64,000 nucleotides of DNA from Trichoplax adhaerens. Taxonomy: Eukaryota > Animalia > Placozoa. The stretch spans positions 2,685,454-2,749,453 of the forward strand of contig NW_002060946.1 of the NCBI RefSeq assembly GCF_000150275.1. The letters are read 5' to 3'. The position numbers were made by a program, and so were the translations under genes. The notes under the pieces were generated by a model. That model saw only the letters and a list, made by a program, of their open reading frames with translations. It searched no databases and was not told where the DNA came from. Below, piece by piece: positions 1-12,600 of this stretch (position 1 is its first letter; every line of letters begins with the position of its first letter).

Positions 1-201
1 TTCGAAAAATTCATCAGGATTCGATTCTATTCGTTCTAAAACTTGCAGCCGTCTAGCAAAGAGAGGTCGAGGAACTCCACCAAACGCTCCATGATTTAAA
101 AAAGTCATTTTTGGATCATACATGAAATCACAATCTCGAATCTCTTTCCCAAATTGTTTCTCATTTCCATCTTCATGAGTAAATGGCTTGTACATGTCCA
201 T
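1..201 (-). CDS. 5' end of a class-V aminotransferase-fold PLP enzyme (hercynylcysteine sulfoxide lyase Egt2 / L-cysteine desulfhydrase / isopenicillin N epimerase-like); continues beyond the left edge
   Basis: Manual translation from ATG at 201-199: MDMYKPFTHEDGNEKQFGKEIRDCDFMYDPKMTFLNHGAFGGVPRPLFARRLQVLERIESNPDEFFE. FG..IR..F......FLNHGxFG..P...........E.NP..F is the characteristic N-terminus of this family. Not in the ORF track because it is truncated. Confidence 0.8.
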   Translation of the reverse strand, partial: MDMYKPFTHEDGNEKQFGKEIRDCDFMYDPKMTFLNHGAFGGVPRPLFARRLQVLERIESNPDEFFE

Positions 202-2818
202 ATTCTATCACAATTGGAAATTATAGACCCCGAAACAGCCGCCTAACAACGTTGATATAGCAGATATCACCGACTTACCGAGTGACACTCCCATATTTCT
301 TGATCGAAAACTTTACTAAAAGTGGATGTGTCCATCCATCTGTCTATGTCACTGTAACCTAAGTTACCTAACAACAGCTGGCTCGGTTCGGTTGCGGCTC
401 TTGATTCCTGCCAAGGTATGAGAATTTTTATTCATCTTTAGCATGAATTACTTACTCAAAAATAAATCGTATAAGTCTCTCATTTATCAGTAATCGCTGA
501 CAATATGACTTTGAAAAGGAAAGGAAAAATAGTTGTTATATTTGTACAATATGTTATCTGGTAGTTACTACAGTGTATAATAAATAATAAATAAATATAC
601 AGTAGTCTTACGGAGTATTAGTGACTCAAACAGTTTCAGCACATGACGTGAAGATGTAGCGAATGGATAGCTCTGATATGCTCCTACGTATTATTTTAAG
701 CCCTATCTCCTATTCTTACTTTACTGCATATAATTAGCAGCATTGTGTAGTATACTGAAACAGTAGAATATAGAAGTACAGTACACACAGGGTTAATATT
801 TAAACTATCCGTAAACGGTGCTACGAGATATCTTCAATCAACGTTCGAGTAACCGTTGATCTGAAAGTGCATAAAATATTTCGGATATTATTCATTACCT
901 GCACGTCAGATATTAAATCGATTTCTTGTAGTATTAGCAGCATCAGTAATAGCTTGCAGCAACGTTTGTGTTCGTTGAGGAAATCATAGAAGGAGCAAAA
1001 GCAGGTTGGCATCAAATGCAAATTTGGTAATAAAATCTTTTGTTATCATTATTTGTTATCGTCGCCAGTGTTTATACAGTGTATTGAGCCACGGATCGTA
1101 TGGCAGAGTGTCAAAACAAGTGCTGAAGGTTAAGCGAAAAAAAATTTAGAACTTGAGAAAGACGATCCTTTTGATAAATGCACTTCATCACTGATGAACT
1201 AGTCGGGTCATCATCAACTGAGAATTTGATATTTTGTTCTAAATGTAACCACAGGTATTTTGATAGCTCAACTTGTGCATATTCACAATTATGAGGTCTT
1301 ACAGTAATCAATTAATTAATTTAATACAATTTATAGTTAGACTATAAGCTACATTGCCCATACGGTAGGCGTCTTTCTAAGAGCAGAATAACTGCCTGTT
1401 GGGTATATTCGACTGAATTTTACTTTCCTATGTACAGTACTGTATGTAACTCAGAAGAACTTGTGGGAAACTACCGATAACGTATGATGAGCATTTTGAT
1501 GTTAAATTCGCAAATGTGATTGCTGTTATTGTGTCTGTACAAGCGATCACTAAATTTACTAGAGAAAGCAAAATTGTAAATTGTATCTTTGATTGATGGA
1601 GCTCGTGCATTTGGTCAGACTGAACTACATCTTGACGAACTCGTGATATATCTTTCCGACCACTTTGATTCACTGGTCATTTTTTATTTATCCTTTGCAC
1701 AGCCGCAGCTTGCTAGGTAATGACTTAATATAGTAGTTATAAGCCATTGTGCTACAGTATGTTAATTTAAAACAGGAGTTAATAATCTCTGATAAGATGG
1801 AATGAATAAACTACAGTAAAATTTCTGGATACAGTATACGGATATTCGTAGATATGTGTTACAAATTCCCTACTTTTGGTACGAAGAGCTAATTATAGTA
1901 AATAATTAATATACGACAGGGATCACTTTCATGCTTGCAGTATACTGGCACTGAAAGGTTATACAGATTGCAGACTAATCCCTGGTATAGTAAAATTAGA
2001 GGCTGCTAAAAAGGAGAAGAGTAATTTACTTAGCAGATTGATTAATTTAATGCATTTATTACTTATGGCTTATACAATGCATGCTGTACTCTAACAATGG
2101 TATTTTGCTGCCAGCTTGCTATGAAATACGAGTGTAATACTTCATTGCACAACGTAGGATTACGATTTACGAGTACGATCAATGACCATTGGACAGATAT
2201 GAGACCGAGCTGCCTCATTTATTTTTATTTAATTCTTGAATACAATATAAACATACAGTATTACGGAAGGGTAGTAACTAATTCTACTAGTCATCAATGT
2301 GATATCAGTAACATAACCGCTCTATAGCAGGCGGAAAACCTAAGTTTTGAACGTCTTGACACAAATAGTGTGCATTATTATTGATCATTTCGCATTCAAA
2401 TTGTCGTTGATTAATTTTGTGTGCAGACTAAATCGAATATTTAAAGATTAATTTCAATTAATGTATGGATCATTACAGAAATAGCATACTGTAGGTATAC
2501 CTTCGATGAATTAGTGTACTCACTGTGGCATCGAATGTGGTATAATTTTGCAGAATCATAGGTATTTGAATAAGAATGATATAGGTATAGTAAAACAATC
2601 GTTATTTCCATATCAATGCATTTAATTGATTATGACATCCAAGATTACGAATAGCATGCATTGCATGTCGCTATGATGGTGCTTTAACTAATCAGAGTCA
2701 TAGTTGATACCATTGCGAATCGATCGAATCTACACAATAGCCTTACTGTACTGTGTGTAGATTGAAAACTAATGCAAAATGACTGCATGCAAGCCATGTT
2801 ATGCATCTATTAACGTGA

Positions 2819-3337
2819 CTAACAACTTTGCTCATGCTTAATCAACCATTCCTTAGTTATACAGCCATTGTAAGAACTATAATTTCCTAAGCCGCCGTCA
2901 TTCTTAACAACCCGATGGCAAGGTATAACGATGGGCAAGTCATTTCTTTTCATAGCACTGCCAACTGCACGAGCTGCCCGATCTCTTCCAGCAAGAGATG
3001 CCAAGTCACCGTAAGAAATAGTCTTACCAGGACCGATTTCTTCAGTTAGTGTTTTATATACTTTACTAGTAAAACTGTCCTCGTCGAATGCAGGTAAAGG
3101 TAGCTCACTAGCGTTTAATGGCATCTGCTTGATATTATTAAAATAAGCCAGCATCCATTCTACGCATTTTTGCATCGGTGGAGAAAGTTGTTTGAAATCA
3201 CCGTCCAAACGAGCAACCTTGACACACTTGCCTTGGGCAGGCAGTATTTTGATCTTGTTTAAAATGCCAGCGCTTAATTGAATTCTTATTTTGCCTATAG
3301 GAACTAAGACTTCAGCCATTTCTATTTCGTCGTCCAT
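2819..3337 (-). CDS. MGMT: O6-methylguanine-DNA methyltransferase (single coding exon, 172 aa)
   Basis: Active-site IPCHRVV, HTH region GKTISYGDLASLAGRDRAARAVGSAM, and C-terminal KEWLIKHE. The first in-frame ATG (MDDEIEM) is at 3337; the ORF track's 3415 start is a non-ATG codon. Confidence 0.95.
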   Translation of the reverse strand: MDDEIEMAEVLVPIGKIRIQLSAGILNKIKILPAQGKCVKVARLDGDFKQLSPPMQKCVEWMLAYFNNIKQMPLNASELPLPAFDEDSFTSKVYKTLTEEIGPGKTISYGDLASLAGRDRAARAVGSAMKRNDLPIVIPCHRVVKNDGGLGNYSSYNGCITKEWLIKHEQSC

Positions 3338-3511
3338 GATGACTAACGTTGAAGATGGAAAGCAGCACGTCCGCGCGTTACTGGCTGCAAGCAAGCTCAA
3401 GCTTGTTATCAACAAACAATAGCCAATAAGGAGTGAAGTTGTTGGGGTGACGTAACATGCTACGAAATGATGTCAGTCAGCAAATACTGTACTGTACACC
3501 ATCGTCAGCAC

Positions 3512-3566
3512 TAGAGACCCTTCAAAAATTCATCATATGGGAGAACCTAACTAAAAATGGTCTCTA
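3512..3566. mobile_element. 55-bp hAT-like miniature element (terminal inverted repeat TAGAGACC, 8-bp TSD GTCAGCAC)
   Basis: GTCAGCAC(3504-3511) | TAGAGACC...GGTCTCTA | GTCAGCAC(3567-3574): perfect 8-bp terminal inverted repeats and a perfect 8-bp flanking direct repeat. Confidence 0.75.
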
Positions 3567-3594
3567 GTCAGCACAATTCGATACAATCAAGGGC

Positions 3595-4265
3595 GTCATT
3601 ACTGTGCTGTACAGTACACTGTACTGTGCATTGCAACGACTGTACACTACTGTACAGTGTACAGTACGTCTCTACAGTACGTCGTACTGTACAAAGTAGC
3701 CTTTGATAGTACAGTACTGTACAATACTGTCGAAAAATGGTGTCACGAACGAGTCACAATGCACTACAAATCAGTCGGAAATGCTGAAATACTGTAGGAC
3801 GTACTGTACAGTACTCGACGGTACCGTACAGTACGGTAAAATTTTCACTGTACTGTACTGTACTGTACTGTACAGTACAGTACGTTTCTACAGTACGTCG
3901 TACTGTACTGTACTGTACTGTACACTGTACTGTACAAAGCAGCCTTTGATAGTACTGTCGAAAACTGATGTCACGAACGAGTCACAATGCACTATAAATC
4001 AGGACGTACAGTACTCGACGGTATCCGTACAGTACTGTACTGTACGGTAAAATTTTCACTGTACTGTACAGTATCTGTATCAGAAGTCCATGGGTGATAC
4101 AGCACAGTACGTTTCTACAGTACGTCGTACTGTACTGTACTGTACAAAGCAGCATTTGATAGTACTGTCGAAAACTGATGGCACGAACGAGTCACAATGC
4201 ACTACAAATCAATCGGAAATGCCGAAATAGGACGCACTCGACGGTACAGTATAGTACTGCACCGT
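3595..4265. repeat. CAGTA/TACTG array containing three tandem ~210-230 bp units
   Basis: The core CACGAACGAGTCACAATGCACTA recurs at 3744, 3972 and 4182. Copies differ mainly in the number of TACTG/CAGTA pentamers. Confidence 0.9.
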
Positions 4266-4279
4266 AAAATCTTCACTGT

Positions 4280-4336
4280 TGCTTCAAATCCAATCAGATT
4301 TCATCTTTCATCACGTGAAGAAAATTTAAAATTGGC
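4280..4336 (+). promoter_or_regulatory. Putative cell-cycle (CHR + CCAAT) promoter cluster upstream of GTSE1-like gene
   Basis: TTCAAA (reverse CHR TTTGAA) at 4283, CCAAT at 4290, CACGTG at 4312, TTTAAA (CHR variant) at 4325 and ATTGG at 4331, about 400 bp upstream of the predicted ATG. Confidence 0.4.
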
Positions 4337-4737
4337 TTGACTGTTGTTGTCGATCGATATTAGCAATTTCTTGTTGTTCACGCCTTCCATTAATCAACTT
4401 GTCTACTTCGGTGGCTGCTTTCTTCTTGTCCAATCTATCTCCTTTTAAAGTTCTATCTTGGAAATGCACTTCCAGTTGATTTAATCAAGACACAGACTAA
4501 AGATTAAAACAAGCAAGTTCGTATTATACTGACGAAATTGGACATCAATCTCGCCATTAGCGACCATCCGCCAACATACAGTAGAACGCAGTCTTCCGCT
4601 TGTCCATTGACACATTTCTCCGATCTATTACCAATAATCGTTTCAAAGCAATCAACAGTCCGATCCTATTTACTTGTATAAAATACAGGCTGAAATCATC
4701 GTTATAGCAAGATAGTAAATTGTTTAAAATAATCGGC

Positions 4738-7700
4738 ATGACTACCAAGGCTACAGGTAAATGAATTCGGTAGAGTATGTAAATATTGTATAGCTATGAG
4801 CCGACAGGTTCGTACGGTTTGGGGTGTTGCCGCGGCAATATTCTATCCTTCTGGTGTCAATAGACAAAATAGCTGTTGAAATTAGGCAGTTATTATCATC
4901 GAATATGAAACGAATAATAAACAAATAACTATATTCTACAGTAGGATCAAATATGGATATCCGATTCCAACAATATTAATATAATTAATAATTATAATGA
5001 GTTAATGGCAGTAAGTGCTGTTGTGAAATCATTCACTCAGTATCTACTACTATATCTACTGTACCTGCTTACTGTACCTATGGAGAATACTGGACAGCCT
5101 AAATACCTTGAGATCATCTACTTCTGGCGGTTGCTATACTACAGTATAGCGTCCTAAGCTCTATAAAGTTGATATTGGATTAGATAAATACTACGGTACT
5201 ATGAAATGATACATAGTGTCAGTTTTTGATATAGTTTGCCAAATCCTCAATTAAATAATCGTTCAATACATAATTCGTATCACTGAACATCGTCTAAAAA
5301 CGTATATATGAGTACCCCTATGTGCTTACGGGCGTACACGTCTCTTTTTTAAGCTACTCTGTACCTATTCTTTGCTACATTATACATATAGCAAGGTTAT
5401 AACAGTCAATGATGCATTACGTTACATTTAATGAAGATGTTAGCTGACATACTACTGTCCTCTATTTAGTAATTGGAAGCTATTTATTACAAGTACGAAG
5501 TAATAGTTAAAGTAATACAATATTATTAGTAATCGCCTCTTGACGTGTTATTCATTATAGCTTAGAAAGAACTGAAGTATGAATTTTTGATCTCACCTTT
5601 TAGACTTCAAGCTTTCTACTAGTGAAAATGAATGGTCAGAATTCGAGGAGAGTAAGTTTTCTTATACAGTAAAATTTTTATCATGCTTCAATTACTTTAC
5701 TTTATTGTTAATGAAATGCAGATGTTAAGCCAATTCTTCTAAAAGCGGTTTATTGTTATTAAAATTGACAATTTACAACATGTTGGACGTAACACTACGT
5801 TGTAATATCAGCGTAATAAATTTAATGCAGTATACTACATTTATAACAAATGTACTACATATTTTCGCCCACGTAGAAATACATTCTGAATTATCTTATT
5901 TAAGTTAGTGACAAGTTAAGGTTAATGAATATGTTCTTTATTATTAATATCATGGCGTACAATAGCTACGGGTAGATGCTGACACTAAGAATAATTTTAA
6001 CGTACCTTCCAGTGCATACTACAGTAACAAACGAGCGACTCCTTTATTTCTAAAGCAGTTATTTATTGTTTTTATGCTAGCACTCATTTATTTCTTATCC
6101 GTAATATGTCTCTACTAGACGTGACCAATATTGCAGACGAACAATATGATTTCGACCTAAAATTCTCTCCCGTTCAGAATTTAAAGTAAGAATCTTACAA
6201 GGCCGTACTTGTGATATCTAGCCCCAGTCAAATTAAATTATATAAAAATAAAGTGATTAATATACTGTCATACAAGTGTATCATAGATTATTTGTGCACT
6301 AATTATTCTAGTAGTAAAGTGGAAGAATTACCTTCTAATACTGGCGACAAGGATGAAGTAGACGAGGAAGATGATGATGATGAAGATGTCTTTTTCGGAC
6401 CTGTAGGCCACAAAGAGCGATGTCTTAAAGCTGCTTTAGAACAGAATAAAGTTGAATCAGGTAGTCCTTTAAATGGTCGACAAGTAGTTGAACTATTTAA
6501 GGAAGCTACGTCGATAGCAGTGCAAATAGAACAAAACCAGAAAGGAAATAAATATACACCAACAATACGGACAACCAATAATACCAGGAGATCGTTACCC
6601 ATAAGCACTAATACTTCACAATTAAGTCAAACAAATAATGTCTTAAAAAGAAAGAGTGATCAATTATCAGCAGAAATAGTTAGCAATCAGTTACTCTCAA
6701 GTACTGTTGAGATGGAGAAAACAAACGCTAACACGTTTGGAAAAGTCACGAATTCTAGTGTGTCTAGCAGCCGTCGAGTATCAAAATTGCCAAAGTTCGC
6801 CACAGAAAATGTAAAAAAAAATGCATTTGACTCAGTAAGTTAATTAATCTTATTACTGATTATTTATTGCTATTGATACCAAATGAAGAGCTTAGGATAT
6901 TTATGCAATGTGAATTACTAACACTATATCGAACTGTTACACTTTTGCTAAGCCTGCCCTTGCTTGTCCAAGTTACGTATGTGATGTAAAATCGACTATT
7001 GGTGCAGTAAAATTAAACCTCAATTTCGATGATGTGAAGCAAGGGAATGTTAGTACTTTGATTTATTACTTAAGTAGTTGGTAATACAATAATTACAAAT
7101 GATCTGTATAACTGTTTAACTAGATTGTTCAAGCCGATGTGACTACAACTATGTCAGATACAGTTTCAGAAAGTAAAAGCAATACTCCAAATACTGATAG
7201 GTAAATTCAATCACAGCTGAAATTATGATAATCAAAACTGTTTAAAAAGTATTAATGACACATTTGCCTCATTTTTAAACATTGTTACTTAGTTTGGCAG
7301 CTGAAAAAACTATTAAGGTTAGTTAAATACAACGATACTTATATCAGCTGCAGTTACTCTGCTACTTTATACGATGCTTTATGATGATGCCTTAATGAGC
7401 ATGCTTGAAAAATATTGCAATCATGTAGTATTTATGAAATTGTAAGCATTCTGGTAGCCATAGAGCATAGAGTTATATGATGATATACGCTATTCCTTTA
7501 CTCTTGCTAAATTTAATAGATACCAACCATCAAAAATAACCAAAAGTCGATCCCGATTGCCGCTACCAAGTCTCAATTTAGTAAATTACCGAGAATGGCT
7601 GGCAGAGCTACAAATCTTAAACTGAAATACAGCAAGATACCGACAAATTCTTGTACTGGAAGAGCTCCTTTGAAAGCTTTTAACGGCGCTGCTAAAACTC

Positions 7701-8403
7701 AAATACCTCCAGTAAACAAACACAACATAATTAAGGCTGCGGATAGTAGTAGTTCAACTGCTACTACAGATTCTGTTTCAAACGCCAACAATCATGTTAA
7801 CGCTTATCCTACCAATGAAGTAGCTGATAAGACTACAATCCATGTCGAAACTAATAATATCAATAAAACAGACATGGATAATGAAAAAAAACCTGAAGTA
7901 TCCGTAGACGTTCTATTGGACTTCTCAAGTAAAAATTGTGAATCAAATGTCAACTCCGAAACTAATAGTATCAATAAAACAGACATGGATAATGAAAAAA
8001 AACCTGAAGTATCCGTAGACGTTCTATTGGACTTCTCAAGTAAAAATTGTGAATCAAATGTCAACTCCTCAGAAGCTTCATGCGTAAGTATAATAAAATT
8101 AGAATTGTTACCTTAGTATAATATTAGAATCTTTATAGATTTGATTAGATTTTAATAGAATTTATCGCACCTTAGGCAAATCTGATAGACTTTGAGGCTG
8201 ACATACCGCCGCCTCAGGTACAAAATTTCATAAATAATTGTACAGATTATTATGTTTTATAATTTAAATCAGTACATTCAACCTTTGCGATAAAAATGAT
8301 ACCATTTAAATTGTAGACGCAACTGGATAACACAAAAGGCAAAAGTAAAGAAGAAAGTATCGAGAAAGAGAACGTGGCAGTAGATTTACTTATTTCCATT
8401 TAA
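4738..8403 (+). CDS. GTSE1: G2 and S phase-expressed protein 1 / PSRC1-like microtubule plus-end protein (9 exons, ~483 aa)
   Basis: Predicted exons 4738-4756, 5604-5651, 6119-6185, 6312-6834, 7124-7200, 7293-7317, 7520-8083, 8176-8217, 8317-8403 join in frame (1452 nt). GTSE1_N signature: IADEQYDFDL...DEDVFFGPVGHKERC...SPLNGRQVVELFKEA..IA.QIE. Also SxIP-like motifs (SKLP x2, SKIP) and C-terminal LLDF/LIDF motifs. Exons 1-2 are the least certain. Confidence 0.85.
7847..8068 (+). repeat. 111-bp in-frame tandem duplication in GTSE1-like exon 7
   Basis: Copies at 7847-7957 and 7958-8068 encode ETN(N/S)INKTDMDNEKKPEVSVDVLLDFSSKNCESNVNS; only one nucleotide difference seen. Confidence 0.95.
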
Positions 8404-9628
8404 CTGATCTCCTTATAATCACCAAAACGACAGGGAATGATTACAATATATGCCTCTACTTACTTCTACCTCGTCTCTTAATTTACAATGGAAAGATTTC
8501 ATGAGGCTTACGATATATTTTTAAGGACTGAAAGTAGTACTCGTAAAGTAAGCTGCTTCATAAATAAATATTACTTGTAATGAATCCTTTACAATTCATC
8601 ATGAAATTTCCGTAGTGTAACCAGTATAATTACCTACTTGGGTTTCAAATTCGTAGTGTAAACATTTGATTATTTTACACTATAAAGTATCGATGCTCTA
8701 AAGTTGATTGTACTCATTCATTTTTGCAAGTAACCGATGATTATGCCTGATTACTACAGTTATATAACTATTTTGTAACGTTCCCACGAATAGTAATGTA
8801 AAATTTTGAAACATGTATATTTTTTACCATGATACATACACGACTATGTATAGCTTGAGATTTAAAGTGGTAATAGACCAATAAGACCTTTATGCAGTTA
8901 TTGTGGATTAATGGGTTTCAGTTTGAGTAAACTCTGAATTGTTGAAGTAATGGTTCTAATAAATTATGCACCAAATAATCTTGAAATAATCTAAGAAAAC
9001 TTTTCAATGTTATTAGTTTTATTTTTATTTCACTCTTTTCTTGCATGTCAAATACAATACAGCAACACAAAAAGTAGATCGTAGTTACAAACATAACCTC
9101 GTCCATACTAATAAAAATTAATGAAGTATGACTTACAAGATGCTGCATGTCTCCTTATGTATATGCATTAATTTGCTGACAGCGTTTTGGTTACATTTTG
9201 CAGAGACATAAAACGCAGCTGTGAACGTCCGATAGTGAAATAGTCAGATTTTTACTAAAATTAATTTGACATTGCTTAATCACCAATTGCAAATCTAATT
9301 AACATTCGGAAAAATTGAACCGTAAATGTAGTAACCATAATTCAGGATGTTAAAGCTGCCAGCAAAATCAAAATATATTAATAGAGTAACATTAACTTCA
9401 CTATGCATAACTCGAAGATTGATAGCAGCAATATGTGCCATTGTAGACGAATAACTCAAACGATAGAAGTAACGCCTTGCGAAACTTTGTAACTAGCAGA
9501 ACAGCATAGTTAAGCGTACAATCTCTGACGCTCTACAAAAATTAAGCTGTTCTATACTGTAAATTATCATTGATAGTTTCCACCATATCAACATTTTACT
9601 ACGTTTGAGTTATCAACACAAAATTCTA

Positions 9629-12600
9629 TTATTCTTGTTTTTCCGTCTCTTCCGTAACTTCAGTTTTTTTAACATCATCAATACAGACCCAATCGCCGTT
9701 GAGACCTTCCTTCCAGAGACTCACCTGAAACATAGTTAATATAATTTCATCAATACGAACATGAGCATTTCCGAAGAATATATAACCATCACATAAAACT
9801 GAATACCAAACCATACCTTATTATCGCTTGAGGAAACGGCCAGAATGTTCCCAGTAACAGACCAGCTTACGTGCCATATAGGTTTATCAAGTTGAAGTAA
9901 AATCTGAAATGTGCATTCAATTATATTTATGTCATAATCAAAACTAAAATATTTGAACAAAACTTTTTAAAGATACAAGTTGCAAATGGCAGTGAAGGCT
10001 TTTACAAGATTATTTTCTGTATACCTTAGAAGTCCATTCTCTCTCCGAATTGTCTTCTTCCTTTGTCCAAATTATTACACGTCCATCCTATAGAAGTAAT
10101 AGAACAACGATTTTAAAACTTTTACCCAATCCTAAGAGTTTACAGCAAAAATATTTTTTTACGCACCTCTCCACAACTAGCAATTGTACTGACTGATACA
10201 CCAATATTAGGAGCCCAAGCTACATCTCTTACCCAATCGCTGTGACCATCTAACGATTGATCTAGCTTCCACTCACCATCAATTTCCCTTCAATAACCAA
10301 TATCGCATTAATTATAGTTATCTGTTTGGGAATTGACGATTACAGATACTTACTTCCATATATTCACTTTATAGTCGCAACCTCCAGTAACTAATCTTTT
10401 CACATTAGGCTTCGGATCTCCTTCTGTATTCTATTTTGTAAGTAAATAAGAATCATTAATCAACTTGTGGGATTCATTATCAATACAAAGAAAACTTACA
10501 TCGAACAGAGATCCTGCGTCCACAGATGGAGCCCAACTGACTGCGTTGCAGCCAATCTGAGAAAATATCAATGTTAAGCATATTTAAGGCGAGAAATACT
10601 TCATCGTCGGATTGAATTAAGTAAGATAAGGTATACCGTGTGAGCATTGCTAATTTTCTTTGCCGACCAGTTGCCGTCTAAGAAAGAGTTCAATTTTGTT
10701 ATTAAAATAAAGCATATGGATATCATCACAAAGGACAAACATAAAGAATTAATCTTCAATTCGTATTTATTGCTAATTGATAGATTAGAAATACAATAAA
10801 TTATGTATTAATTATGCCGATAATCATTCCACAGTAGTAATAAATGCTACCTGTGTTTGAGATGATAGCGATAGAACCATCAGATGATCCACTAGCTAGG
10901 ATGATACCATATTCAATCGGAGCCCAACATACCGAATTTACTATATATTAAATATAACGTAACTGGAACTGAGTACAGTATCATAGAAATTAAATATCCG
11001 ACCCGAAGGCTGAGCACACGATTAGAAGGCGGTTAAAATATAAATTAAATTTACCTGACGAATCGTGCCCAGTGTATGTGTATAAATTGCTCCATTTCTT
11101 ATTATTTTCAGCCCAAATGATAACCTAAATTATGAACATAAAGTTACTACCTTACGAAATTGTATCTAGGCAGGCAAATGTAGTGCTAATAGTGCTCACC
11201 TTGCAATCATAAGAGCAAGACGCAAGTAAGTTACCAAACATTGGATGTGACCAAGCCACTTGCCAAACAGGTCCCTCGTGACTGACATTAATATCAAATT
11301 GATATTAGCCAATATTTTAGCGCAAACATTTTAAAATCAAATAACAGCAAATTGCAAATGCGACATTGTAGGCTGTAACGCAAAACGCATGTACAGTACA
11401 GTACAGTTCATGGCGATTAGCTGACATGGTGAAGAAGAGCAGCAATAGTAGAATTTCCTTCGTACATGTCATGCTCGATCTCATGTTATCCAATTCCTAA
11501 CATCTAATCTAATACATACTTTATCAAGGTAGACGATAAGAAATACTGGCCATTTTGATCAACATCAAATACGCGAATGGATCGATCAGAGGAACACGTA
11601 GCCAGTCTCTTTCCATAATAGTCGAGCTGCGCATCGTGCTGCAAGTAATTAAAGTTGGTATTTAAGAATCTGTGATTTCATAGTAAGGAACTTTCCATTC
11701 TATTGATTTAACATGAATAGGTTTACAATATACAGAAGTAGGAAAGCGACTACGAGCACGATTTTGAACCTATTTTTGTAGATCGCTGTGATATCTATAG
11801 TTTAAGCTTTGCTTTAAGCTATAACAATACTGTATTGAGTACATATGCGTATACTGTACGTATACGCAAGAGTCGTTGATTCCATAGTACTGTACACGAA
11901 AAGGGTTTACAATATGTAGATGCAAGTAAGTACGTCAGTACGGCTAGGACTTCATCACAAGTTATGTTGAGCGTTTTACAAAGTCACTAGTAGCAGCTAC
12001 TACCTCAACCTTAAGCTTTTACAATGTATTGTTATGCAATACTTAATTTTAATGATCCATAGCATGTACTCGCCCTATTTATTAAAAGTCTGCAATTTGA
12101 TAGCAACGAACTTTTCGTGTTTTTGCTATTGATTAAGTCGAAAAGGTATATATACAATATACGGAGACAAATTACACAATCTTGAACGTTCTACAAGGTG
12201 ATTAGTAACAGTTACGATATGACTTCCACTTGAAGTTTCAATAAGACCAGGTAGTCAATACGTTTGATTAAATAACGTAATAGTATACTGTAGTAAGCTT
12301 TTACAAGTAGTGTACTCCAATGGCTAGCAGGCCATTCTACGCAGGCATCGAGATTACTCAACGTATCCAAACACCAGTACAAGTATTGCTTGTATTGACG
12401 AAACTCGTTGTAATGTAGAAGGAAAAAAGAGTTTTTTCTGTTACTTTATAATATTATTCAATACACATGACAGACAATACAGTAGCTCTACCTCTATCCA
12501 TCATTACAAGATGCTTAGACTGAATAATAATGAAAACGAATTGATCATTTTACCATTCCAAAGGTGCTTAGCGAATGAAAAGAGTCAAGAAAAGAGTGCA

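Noticed and set aside
3338-3415. 26-aa N-terminal extension of MGMT in the ORF track
   Set aside because: It starts at a non-ATG codon; the first ATG at 3337 gives a normal-length protein.
3703-4050. 115-aa ORF rich in YCTVL/QYSTV (and similar ORFs at 12719, 17633-18284, 59431, 59747, 61743)
   Set aside because: These are translations of CAGTA/TACTG pentamer arrays, which lack stop codons; no domain signal.
3670-4260. Repeat-spacer-like periodicity suggestive of CRISPR (also 49870-50575)
   Set aside because: Units are 200-260 bp whole-segment duplications with homologous, not unique, intervening sequence. The context is eukaryotic and has no cas genes.
6303-8064. Antisense ORFs at 6303-6608 and 7804-8064 (likewise 15256, 30954, 31090, 32632, 35739, 37378, 55981, 58620) and alternate-frame ORF 30509
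   Set aside because: Shadows of real coding exons; no independent homology.
10025-10087. Apparent premature stop in a SEC13 exon
   Set aside because: Careful re-reading gives [21 protein letters not shown], open and in frame.
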